From: Spizellomyces punctatus DAOM BR117
Taxonomy: Eukaryota
Assembly: GCA_000182565.2 (NCBI GenBank)
Contig: KQ257470.1
DNA: 20,000 bases
Reading direction: 5' to 3' (one strand)
In this document: positions 1 through 12,903 of the stretch, one piece after another
Layout of the letters: every line of letters begins with the position of its first letter
How positions within the stretch are numbered: position 1 is the first letter of the stretch
Made by a program: the position numbers and the translations under genes
Notes under the pieces: model-generated
Seen by the model: only the letters and a program-made list of their open reading frames with translations
Databases searched by the model: none
Told to the model about the DNA's origin: nothing

Positions 1-186
1 TGCTTTCAGGAAAACGAATGGTGTGAGGACCGCTAAAGTTGGGCATGACCAATGTCGAATTGATCATAGTGGAGTGGAAGTGAAGGACACTGTGAAATAT
101 CAGATCGATCTCAAAATCCGAGTAACTAGGAGAGGCTAGTGCCATGCGGAGCAAGTTCTCGTAATTATATTTTTCGCCGAAATGCT
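1..186 (-). CDS. possible exon of a gene running off the left edge (unknown product)
   Basis: Minus-strand frame open from a candidate acceptor (aaatgtag, about 187) to position 1: ...ISAKKYNYENLLRMALASPSYSDFEIDLIFHSVLHFHSTMINSTLVMPNFSGPHTIRFPES. No recognised homology. Confidence 0.3.
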
Positions 187-616
187 ACATTTGCGTGCAG
201 TGGTGCGTCAGGTTACAGTAGAATCCTGTCAGTAACAATTGAATATTTTCTTTTGGTTGTACCGAACCATTCCGCCATGTTGCCAGTTATACAAGCAATA
301 TCAATGCTTGATGAGATGGCTTTTTGACGCATCATTTGAGGATTCCTCCCAAAGGAGCAATAGAACTAGTCGCTCCATGATGAGGTTCCCTGCAGTGGTT
401 AAGGATCATATCATGATCGCATGACGCTCCAGTAGACTATACGCTTCTCCACAAAGTCCACAGGACAATCTCAGAAAAAGACGGCATTGTGTGGGAACCT
501 CATCCTACCAATGTTGTTAACTTAGACTATATTGTCAAATAATACAGTCGCGTAACCTCTTCTTTATTTCCAAATCCAACTGTGTCGGTATATGAGAATA
601 TCTATCATGACGGTGA

Positions 617-1236
617 TTATTTGTACAAGGGCTTCTCCTTGAGATGAATGGGCGTTTGTCCCTCTGGTGTATCCGGAATAGTCTTCGTAAGACCCTAAAG
701 CGAGACAGATAGTGTAAGAAAACAAGTTACAATACGCCGGGAGAGATCCTACACGCCCGGGTGTACTTACCAGCTTTTTGAATACACAATCGTTAAATTC
801 CCGTTCCTCCTTGCGGCATTGGAAAAGTTGATGGTTGTTCACATCCAAGCATTCCCAGTGCCGTGTCCATTCCTTGTCACAGTTTTCCTTCAGTTTTCGG
901 ATCCTGCCCAGCAGACAATCAGAACAATCCTCAAAATAACAGAAAGAAACCGCAAGGACTCCATCGTGTTCTCCCTTGTTATACATACAAGTCCAACGCA
1001 CAACGAGTAACCTTCCGCCCCTCCTTCAAACAATGGCGAGGATCTTGGGACTCGTTTTTACATAACATGTAATCTTCCGAGTAAGCCTTGCAGTAGCTAG
1101 CAAAGTGAAACGACATGGACTCCAATGGCGCGGACGTACAGCCGACTTCAGGTACCGGAGGCGCGACATCGGAAGAGAGACCCTCCTTCTCCACCCAAAG
1201 ACCCTCAACAAAAACTCCTTCACGATGGGTGGTCAT
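617..1236 (-). CDS. NDUFA8: NADH:ubiquinone oxidoreductase (complex I) accessory subunit NDUFA8 / 20.8 kDa subunit
   Basis: Exons 1236-989, 903-771 and 694-617 join in frame via GTATGT..CAG and GTAAGT..TAG introns. The protein has EVGCTSAPLESMSFHFASYC..DYMLCKNESQDPRHCLKEGRKVTRC..CDKEWTRHWECLD..CRKEEREFNDCVFKKLG, with four CX9C motifs typical of NDUFA8. Confidence 0.95.
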
Positions 1237-1447
1237 GGCGGGAACGTGCCGAGGGGTTTTTAAAGACAGTCTAGTGAGGAGCGTAAGCAAGTCCTTGACG
1301 ATGAAAGGGAACCTCTGGGATGACTCATACAGACGTGTTCGTTTCTAAGCAACGGCCATTAGCCAGATCGGACCGCTCGGACACCGCAAGCGTAGCCCCC
1401 TCCTGCAAGACCATACCCCCCGCAATTTCACCGTCCATCGAGCAATA
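1237..1447. promoter_or_regulatory. putative bidirectional promoter (NDUFA8 / membrane protein)
   Basis: Only 211 bp between the divergent ATGs. Confidence 0.55.
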
Positions 1448-2116
1448 ATGTCGGCTGAATACTCTGCAAAACTATCGAGTTTTACGTCATGGCGTCCATT
1501 TATTTACTCCACCGTGGTTCAGCTTAGCGCTCTCTCTATCATCCGTCGCGGGACGGCGCTGATCTTGCCCAGAGCCGCGCCTACCTTTGCTCTGGCGCCA
1601 ACTACTACCTTTGGATTCGGATACTCTGCTGAAAAGGTCTACGGAATTCTGGATACTTTGGGCGGTTTTGGAAGGACGTTCTTTACTGTTCTTGTGTTGG
1701 TCAACTTTGCGTACGTATGATGATCTATCCAAACGCGACCGTCAATGTGCAATAACTGAACCTTTCTCACTAGTCTTATCCTCGCAACTGCTTTTAACCT
1801 TTCTATCCTCACCACCCTTGGGTTGAAGGCTTCTGGCCTGTCAAAATCGCCTGCATCGCAATTGAATTTACTTCCATTTGCCGCGGCCGCGTTGCACGCT
1901 TTGGAGAACATTGTATTTCTTGCTGTTGCCGCGTCTCCGGGTCGTAGCGATCTGCTAGCTGGTCTGGCGGGTACGGTAGCCGTAGCACGAGACTTGGTGG
2001 GTACAGTAGCACTTGGAGTGGTGGTTGTTACACTGCCTGTATTCCTCGCTGGCTGGGCCAAGAGTATTGGACGCGATGGAAGGCAGAGAGTGCCAATTGT
2101 GAAGAAAACCCATTGA
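1448..2116 (+). CDS. uncharacterised multi-pass membrane protein, 201 aa, C-terminal KKxx
   Basis: Exons 1448-1710 and 1774-2116 join in frame via a 63-nt GTACGT..CTAG intron. Several hydrophobic segments, motifs GYSAEKVYGILDTLGGFGR and LLPFAAAALHALENI, ending VKKTH*. Confidence 0.8.
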
Positions 2117-2427
2117 TAATCGAGACATTCATGCTATTGAATGGCGGTGGAGACAACTAATTGGGATGATAGGCGGAATGTATCGAGTGTACACTAGACT
2201 GTGTATTTAATCAAAATAATGTAGTTCTGCCATTGTCAAGGTGTTGTTGTGCTTTTATACAGTATCATGGTCCCACAACACTTGTGGTGACATAGCGATG
2301 ACGAGAAGACTGATTAACTCAGTTGCGCTTTCGCTTCATCCCGTACTAGTAACCTATATACGCATGGTATCTAACTCTACATCTATACACGGGGAATCTT
2401 CCAAAATTGGCAGAGTGTCCACAGCTA

Positions 2428-5679
<3,252 letters not shown>

Positions 5680-6101
5680 GCTGTCTTCAATAGTTGGAGT
5701 AGCTCCTCCTAAAATGTCGAGGACTGCACGCCCGATCTCGGTGTAGATCTGGCCCAAAAGCCCAAAAGTTGGGTCGAACTTTCGCAACTAAGCCACGGGC
5801 ATTTCAGCTCTGTGATGACATAATCCAAATAACTTTTTCAGAACCAAGTCGGAGAAAAAGGTGTCTACTTCGGTGAGATATGTCAAAGTGCGTTCATCTA
5901 TTACAATAACAAGGATATTACACTACGGAACACTAACAAAAAACCTGAGAGGACCGATCGCAACAGCCATTGCCTTCGGTCCTCCCAACCATAATACAAT
6001 GTACAATTAGAATGTGGAAACAGACGAGTGAAATCAAGCAGTCTTCCCATACGAATCGAAAGGAGATAGTAATCAAAAATATCAAAGTGGCAGGCATGAT
6101 C

Positions 6102-6587
6102 TTAATGCTTCTTCAAGTCCCTACTGTTCAGTGAGCCTTGCGAGGTTGCCGCCCGTGTGGGACACCGGGCTCCTTTTCCTTCCCGAGTTCGCAACTCCCG
6201 CGGCTCCGGAGCTGGTTCTGTACTTGTCTTCAAGCTTCTATTCCTTCGCTTAAGACTTGCGGCGCTAGGCTCGCCACCAGTTGAGCTTCCAGTGGACTGC
6301 ACAGATGTGCCCGAGTCCGAATCCGACTCACGGCGGGATGGCGGAACGAGGATATTACCAACAGCGCGAACTTGTACTTCTCCAAACCAATCTATTCGTA
6401 GGACGAGCCCAGGTTCGGTATCTGCAGCATCCCGCGAAACCGCGCGCATGGGAATGGCAGGTTTGCGCTTCGAGCGGCAGTCTTGGGCATGGAGTCGGGC
6501 TTCTTTCCGCAGCGAGCGAGTATCAGGGACTTTGACCGGAGATTTGCTGGCTGATGTACTTTTGCTCTTTCTTGTTGCTTTTGCCAT
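6102..6587 (-). CDS. hypothetical basic, low-complexity protein (161 aa)
   Basis: Single ORF from ATG 6587 (MAKATRKSKS...) to TAA 6102. It is K/R/S-rich, preceded by a pyrimidine-rich leader and followed by AT-rich sequence. No recognised domain. Confidence 0.6.
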   Translation of the reverse strand: MAKATRKSKSTSASKSPVKVPDTRSLRKEARLHAQDCRSKRKPAIPMRAVSRDAADTEPGLVLRIDWFGEVQVRAVGNILVPPSRRESDSDSGTSVQSTGSSTGGEPSAASLKRRNRSLKTSTEPAPEPRELRTREGKGARCPTRAATSQGSLNSRDLKKH

Positions 6588-7174
6588 GTTCGTGAATATG
6601 AGGTGGCAAGGGGGGGTGCGGGGAAAGGACGAGGGAAGGTAGTCGCAGAGCGGAAATTTCAATTCCAAAGTGAGAAAGCGCGGCACACAGAAAATAGTCA
6701 CGGCACACTATGGTTTAGCAGCGTTGCTTTGAGTGTTTTGCGGATTGAGCGTGACAACGAAAGGTCTATGGCCGTCGTCTGTCTTGGACCAAATACCACA
6801 AGAGAAAAACAAGGTTCCGCGTTCTTGACCTCGAAGGCGTCATGTGATGAGCAAAGCCACAGAGCTTATGGCATCAAATTCCTTCTCCAGTTTAAAGATA
6901 CTTTAATTAAGGTCCTTGGGTGCCAATCTGATCTGAAAATACCATTTGGCCAGTGCTAATATATTTTAAGCTGGTAATGTGATGATGGACGCAATGACAT
7001 CCAAAGTCTGTAAATAATATATTACAAAATTGTACATGGTTTTCCCACATCACCGAGTTATATCAGTGACTTATATCTGTACAAGGTCCTGCAAGCGCAA
7101 CTAATAAAATCTGAACAGTGTAGTTCCATTCATCATAATATCCTCCTGATTTCGCCGCATTCCTATTCAAAGGT

Positions 7175-10100
7175 TCACGCAGTAGCAAAAGGACGGGTTT
7201 CCCGGGATTTCCAGAACATAAAAGCGGTAAGAGCAATGATGACGTCCATAGTTGCTAGTAAGGCGCTCGGAGAATCGGATACGGCGGCCTGAATCTCGTG
7301 TCGGTGTAATGAATTCGAAGTGTCATATATGATCACAAGAGGTTCGCGTCTCCCATGACGATATAAGTGTTCCGTAATGTTCTGCAATAAAAATGCCAGA
7401 GCAATCCGCATAAGCACAATGATCGCTACAGTGCGCTGTATAGGATGAAGCCGTGAGATGACAGTTATCAGATTCAAGGAAAACTGAACGCAAACACCTA
7501 CTCGCCCTTGTCGCTCGCTGGTAGGTGGTGGGCTGTGCGCGCCCCGCATTGCACCAAATCCGCCGGTATTCCGCTTCTTATGTCCGATATCCCACTCGGA
7601 TACCGCAAGATGATACAAACACATTGCCAACAATGGCAAATACAAAACATTACTCCAGACCTGCGCGCAGAAATAAATTTAGAATTTGCGGGGATAGGAA
7701 TTGTAAACAAGGATATACAGCATACCATCCATGATGCAAATAATCCGACAGGAGCAGCCAATTGCAAGTATCGTTGAGCAATCCTCTCATGGCCATGTAG
7801 TTTATGACTTAGCAAGGTCTTCAGCGTGTGCATGACGATGTTCTCATCTTGAAGGCGGACAGAATTTTCGAAAAGGTCCTCCAAACCAGTGGTTTGCTGT
7901 AGCCAGTCAGTTAGGGAGATACAGTTGGTGAATTCGCATAAGAAGCGCCAAAATCAAACATTTACCTGGAGAGGGAAGAACGTTTGCGGCCTGATCGCTG
8001 ACGCCATCCTTTCTTCGTCGATATTTGTCGCCTTCATCGACGCCGCGGGTGTTGATGTGATGTGAAATGTGCCAAAGGCTGGTGTGCGCCCCGCATTCCC
8101 CTGCTCGTAATGGTTATAGGGCAGCTTTGAGCCCCTCCCAGCAAGAGAATCAAGCCCACAGCCTCTACGCTGACTATCCAGATACAATGTACCATGAGCA
8201 GTTGTGCCAAACGAATCCGTTTGCTTTCCATACAGTCCACCGCCGAATCCTAACCCGCCATCTGTTGTAGTTGCGACCATTCCGTGTTTGATAGGCCACG
8301 TCCGCTCGTTAAGAAAAGCAGGCGGTGTCTCGAACGTATTCTTTCTCGCATCGACAAATGGATTACTAGGCGCACCGCGACCAAAGGCGCCCAATTCGCC
8401 CCAGCCCCCATTCCTCGATTTCAAAATATTGGACGGGCCTACGTACGACGAGAAAATTTCTCTACCCGAATCGCCTTTACCTAGCGTCCTGGAAAGAGGC
8501 ATTGCTCGTGTCCCTGACCGTTGCTGGGATAAAGTAGGTCTTCCAATTTCCCCGCTTGGCCGCTGCGTAAAACCCTGTCTGGCTGTTCCCAGTCCGAGTC
8601 CTGATAGACCCGCCAGGATCTCATCTTCAGGATTTTCGAATTTCCCTGAGCGGCGATCATCATTTAACCCGATCTTGTTATTTCCACCATTGCCCGCTGT
8701 AGGGCTTATAAAAGCAATTCGATAGCTGTCTTCCGATACGTCAAGTCCCGAATCCGACCGTTGGAAGGAGCTGGGTTCATGTTGCGGGTCTTGTTTCAAG
8801 CTTTGGTGATTGAAAAGGTTCGGTGCGTAGTAACGACGATCTTTTTCAGCGGCCACCGGGGTATCGGCTCGGCAAAGCATTTTGCGACGCAAACGTTCCC
8901 GAGGATGTAGGAAACGGTAGACCACTTTGAGCGACCGCCATACTGCCTGAAATTCTTGTGTTACCAGAGGTGATACCACAACATGCCATGAGACTGGACT
9001 TACGAAAACACTCAACCACATGTAAGCTCCTGATATCGTTGGATACCATTCCTCACGAAGATATGTGTGCGCAACTTCCAACAACCAATTCGCAAAGAGA
9101 ACAAGTAGACAGCACATCTGATGCATTAAATCCATTAGCACACCTACACAAATTTGACACTCTCGGAGATAATAATGCTTACCAAACCCTTTCCGTTAAT
9201 CCATTTTTGTTGCACCTTCAATATAGTCTTCCGACTTCTCTTCAGGTACGCGTCGAATTCTGCAAATATAAAGCAGAATATAGCAGTCTCCGCGACCAGG
9301 CGGTATCTGCTACTTGCGAAGGCGTTGAAGCACAATTCCCCAAAATTATCACTTGAATAAACGCATTTTCGAATGGAAGAAGGAAATGCGTCTTGAAGAA
9401 GATTGGAAATTCGCCAATCATCGTAGGACTTCGTGAATGCATTTCCGTACTGATGCTGCATACGAAAGACTTCGTATGGACGCAGAAAGCCATTCAATCC
9501 TGGTAGAAGGGTGATGAGCTTTTCGCGCGCGAACTCAAGTGATGCGGAGTGTACCTTCAGCGGAGCCCTCATAGAAGAGTCGTGCCCAAGATGCCAGAGA
9601 GAACCATCCAATAGCGGCTACACTTATCATAAACGTGACGCCGACTGCATTCGTGATGAGAATCGCTGATCGGAGTGCTGCAGACCGTAAAACATTCCGA
9701 ACCGTAAGATGCGTTTTCCTTCGCCGATCGACAGCTGCGGTGGTTTTATTCTTCATATATGCACCAAACGTCTGTCTATGGCGGTTCTCCAGCTTCACCA
9801 GTTCATTATCTACGCGCCCGCGACAGAGAGCACAAACCATCGGATATCTCCGGTCCAGCCATTGCTTGTATTCAGCATAGTTGGCAAGTTTGGCTTGATA
9901 TTCCGGATCGTCGTCCTCCGGGAGATAGTTAGATAAAGTATTAATGATCATTGTCTGCCGTCTGCTGCAGTCAGGACAGAAAATGGAATCTGATTTTATG
10001 GCATTTCTTTGCCATTGCGCCGCTGATCACGAAAAAGGAACATTAGTGTTGGTCCTTTGCATCATCATAGGTAAGTAACTTATATAAGCGCACCTTCCAC

Positions 10101-10682
10101 GGTTCCCGTGCGAGAATTGAAGCTTTCGTCCCGCATTTCTGGCAGTGCAGAAGCGATATCCCCATTCTGCAATTTCGTTGGACACTTTGAGTCAGAGGAC
10201 TACTCAAAATCCTTTCTCCCATTTACCTTATCGTAGATATTCCAGCAATCGCATAATCGGCAGAACCACTTTTCAACATTTCCATCTCTATCAAACAAAG
10301 GTATCATCTTGCCTGGGTCTCTGCGTAAGCTTGGGGGCGAGTCGGGAGGTATAATGGGTTTCCCGCGAGCTTTCGGCCCGGGGAGTGTCGACGTTTCACC
10401 GCAGTAAAAGCACGTCAGGTGGACAAGCCGACCTGCATGGTCTCGTAGCATACGATCAAAACGTGTGAGACTATCGTGATAGAAAAAAAAAGATCGCCGT
10501 CAGTTTTCATTGTCAAGTAAGACAGTATAGTTGCAGCTATAGTGGCATTGCGACTATCTTGATCCCCTTAACCAGCTTATTCTCTATAATTAAAGCCGTA
10601 CAGACTGCCTAACTCACCCGAATTTGAAGGCAATAAATGCCACCGTGAGGGTGATCAAGGACGAGATCCATCCATAACTCAT
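7175..10682 (-). CDS. IMA1: Ima1/Samp1 (TMEM201)-family inner nuclear membrane protein, about 950 aa
   Basis: Exons 10682-10618, 10470-10227, 10166-10094, 10022-9555, 9499-9183, 9117-9004, 8946-7966, 7896-7726, 7660-7502 and 7435-7175 join in frame. Ima1_N pattern of four CxxC motifs: TCFYC, WFCRLCDCWN, FCPDC..Q, LSNYLPEDDDPEY..YKQWLDRRYPMVCALC..V. Also TM segments and the later motif PQTFFP..TGLEDLF. Confidence 0.9.
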
Positions 10683-10972
10683 GTTGCCGAAGCCAAAGAG
10701 GGAAGCGGACGCAGGCACAATGCCGTCAGCACAGCGAGGTGACTATGACTGGCCAAATCAGGAACGTGGATTTTCGCAATAAAAGTTGAAGGGACGTAAA
10801 AGAAGGTTGAGAAAGTACAGATGCCCAGATCTAGAGGTTGATCGTTGAGGGTATTACGTAGGCAAGGAAAACCCTCCAGTGGCTGCTACTGGTATTGCAA
10901 AACACGTGATTCAGATCCGCTTCAAGGCTTGAGGATTCAGTTGCCAGATTTCCATTGGCGATCTCTGTGGAA
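10683..10972. promoter_or_regulatory. putative bidirectional promoter (IMA1 / SRP9)
   Basis: 290 bp between divergent ATGs; contains a CACGTG at 10903-10908. Confidence 0.55.
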
Positions 10973-11528
10973 ATGGGTTATGTTGAGCTGTGGGACGAAT
11001 ATCAGGAGGCTGTAGAGCAGCTTTACCTGAGCTCTCCCTTTAAGGTATCAAGATGGTTGGGAAAGTTCGGCAATCGCTGATTGTGCAGTTTTTCTCAACT
11101 TTCGTGATTCTATTGCAGACTCGTTACGTTTCCAAATATCGGCATAAGGACGGAAAGCTGGTGCTGAAGGTCACAGATGGCCCAACGGTGAGAGTGGGCA
11201 TTTGATCCTTGAGATTGAAAGTATTCCTGACCTCCCCTTTTCGCCCTGTCCGATCCAGTGTCTGAAATTCAGAACCGACCGCCTGCCTGATTTGAAGAAA
11301 TTTGAACGCTTGAACTTATCATTAATGGAAAAAATGCAAGGAAGAAAGAAGCTGGATGCTATGGAAACTGATGGTAGGATCAATCTTATTTATTATGTCG
11401 TAGCCTGTCACTCATATCTATCAACAGTACCAGAAGTCTTGACGGCAACGTCGCCTAACGATACACCGGTGCAAAGTCCACCAGCGCCAGCTGGGAGAAA
11501 GGGCAAGGGGAAAAAGAAAAACCGCTGA
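10973..11528 (+). CDS. SRP9: signal recognition particle Alu-domain subunit SRP9/SRP21
   Basis: Exons 10973-11044, 11119-11187, 11259-11373 and 11428-11528 give MGYVELWDEYQEAVEQLYLSSPFK-TRYVSKYRHKDGKLVLKVTDGPT-CLKFRTDRLPDLKKFERLNLSLM...GKGKKKNR. This is the SRP9 signature with a fungal-type basic tail. Confidence 0.95.
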
Positions 11529-11897
11529 GAATTCCACTTCAACGGATTTAGTGGTGCGGCCTGATCGACGTGCTCTTCACTGCGGTGCGTGGCCTAGGAC
11601 ACGATTTTTTGCGGGCGTGGTAGCTTCGTGGCTTTAGGGATGTCCTAAACCGCATGATGGGCCCATCCTTGACAGCATCTTATACTGCGTCCCTTATACA
11701 TCCGGCTTATGGCGAGTCAGGTTGGTCGGGAAAGATGTGAGACAGCAGCTATTCATATCTGACACTTCTTGTCGGGCAAGCGGTATATCATAATTAGGCT
11801 TCTCACGTACAAATAAATAAATATTCACAAAACTTCACTATCAGGCACCGATTGCCTTATATCTACCGCTAACTCTATGTGACATAGACGCTTATCT

Positions 11898-12666
11898 TCA
11901 CCTCCGTCCACCATTTACTGTGACCGTCGTCTTGTCGCCGTGACATCCTTCTAGATCCCGTCTCTTTCCCTTCTCGGAAAGTTTGGTTTTCAAAGCAAGT
12001 AGCATCCATGTGGCCAACAACATTATGAGCACGACGAAGCCAAGAGTGGAGAACATTACGACCATGATCGAACGCGCCAGTGCGATGCGATACTCGGTAA
12101 CCGGACCGGAGCAGGATGTGCTCGCCATGCAAAGCTTGGACAGTACTTGAGCTTCATTAGGATCCACAGTCGGGTAATCAGACGCAGATGCGCCCTCCTC
12201 CCACCCACAGCAACGGAACTCCCGCATAATGGTGCCTTTCGTGTCGTTCGTTGCACCTTTCCACATTTGGTCTGCCATACTGGTGGCAAAAGATGCGTCC
12301 ATTTCTCGCATTGCTAGGTGGCCTAAAAGACCGTAGACTCCACAAAGAAGCAACAAGCTGCATATGAAAATCTTGAGGCATCCAGGGGAAAGACGGTATA
12401 GCCCACAACAACCGAGGAGGCCAGTACCGAGAAGTAGCGGGCACAAAATTGCGATGCCTGGATGTAGCGGGATTAGATTGCTGTAAGCGGCGCATAGCGT
12501 ACGAACGGTAGAAACCTATTAGAAGTTCTATCGGGAAAACTTCAGTCTTCGGGAAGGGTGAAGTGTTCAGGAAGAGCATATATGCCAGTATCCCGGCCGC
12601 AAACGCCAGAACAATGAGCAGAAAATTGGCTGAAATCAGTAGAAGACGGGGTATGCGGATCATCAT
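11898..12666 (-). CDS. tetraspanin-family protein (about 236-239 aa)
   Basis: Exon 1 12666-12507 (or 12516) joins exon 2 12457-11898. Four TM helices, GLLGCCG at the end of TM2, a large extracellular loop with FRCCGW plus two further Cys, and a short basic C-tail. Confidence 0.88.
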
Positions 12667-12903
12667 GAGGCAGATAGTGGGAACAGCTGGGAAAAGGTTG
12701 CTGTGGTAGGATCTTCAGCAGCGAAAACGAGAAACGCGCAAAGGACGCGCCGAGCCCCATTAGGTAAGCGTCCCTTTTCTGGCACAAATTAAATCATTGG
12801 ATTATGTTGCACATTTGCTGTCAAGGACTTTTAGCTACCAGGCCGTGGTGATCCGAGTTTGGGCTCAAGGGTTTTCTCCCGTCGTCTCATTGCTCGGAGC
12901 AAA
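12667..12903. promoter_or_regulatory. putative bidirectional promoter (tetraspanin / HMG-box gene)
   Basis: 237 bp between divergent ATGs; two ACGCGC elements near 12734-12750. Confidence 0.5.

Noticed and set aside
1487..2061. Minus-strand ORFs of 140 and 81 aa
   Set aside because: They are antisense to a cleanly spliced plus-strand membrane-protein gene and show no domain features.
5680..5787. In-frame TTG-started N-terminal extension of ABZ1
   Set aside because: No ATG and not presequence-like; homology begins right after ATG 5679.
6603..6959. 118-aa plus-strand ORF
   Set aside because: Starts at GTG, has no recognisable coding features, and lies in the presumed promoter of the orphan gene.
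9144..9951. Apparent frameshift or pseudogenisation in IMA1
   Set aside because: Resolved by a 55-nt GT-AG intron at 9554-9500.
11650..11720. Possible SECIS element after SRP9 (ATGA motif)
   Set aside because: No apical AA at the expected spacing, no matching GA quartet, and no internal UGA in SRP9.
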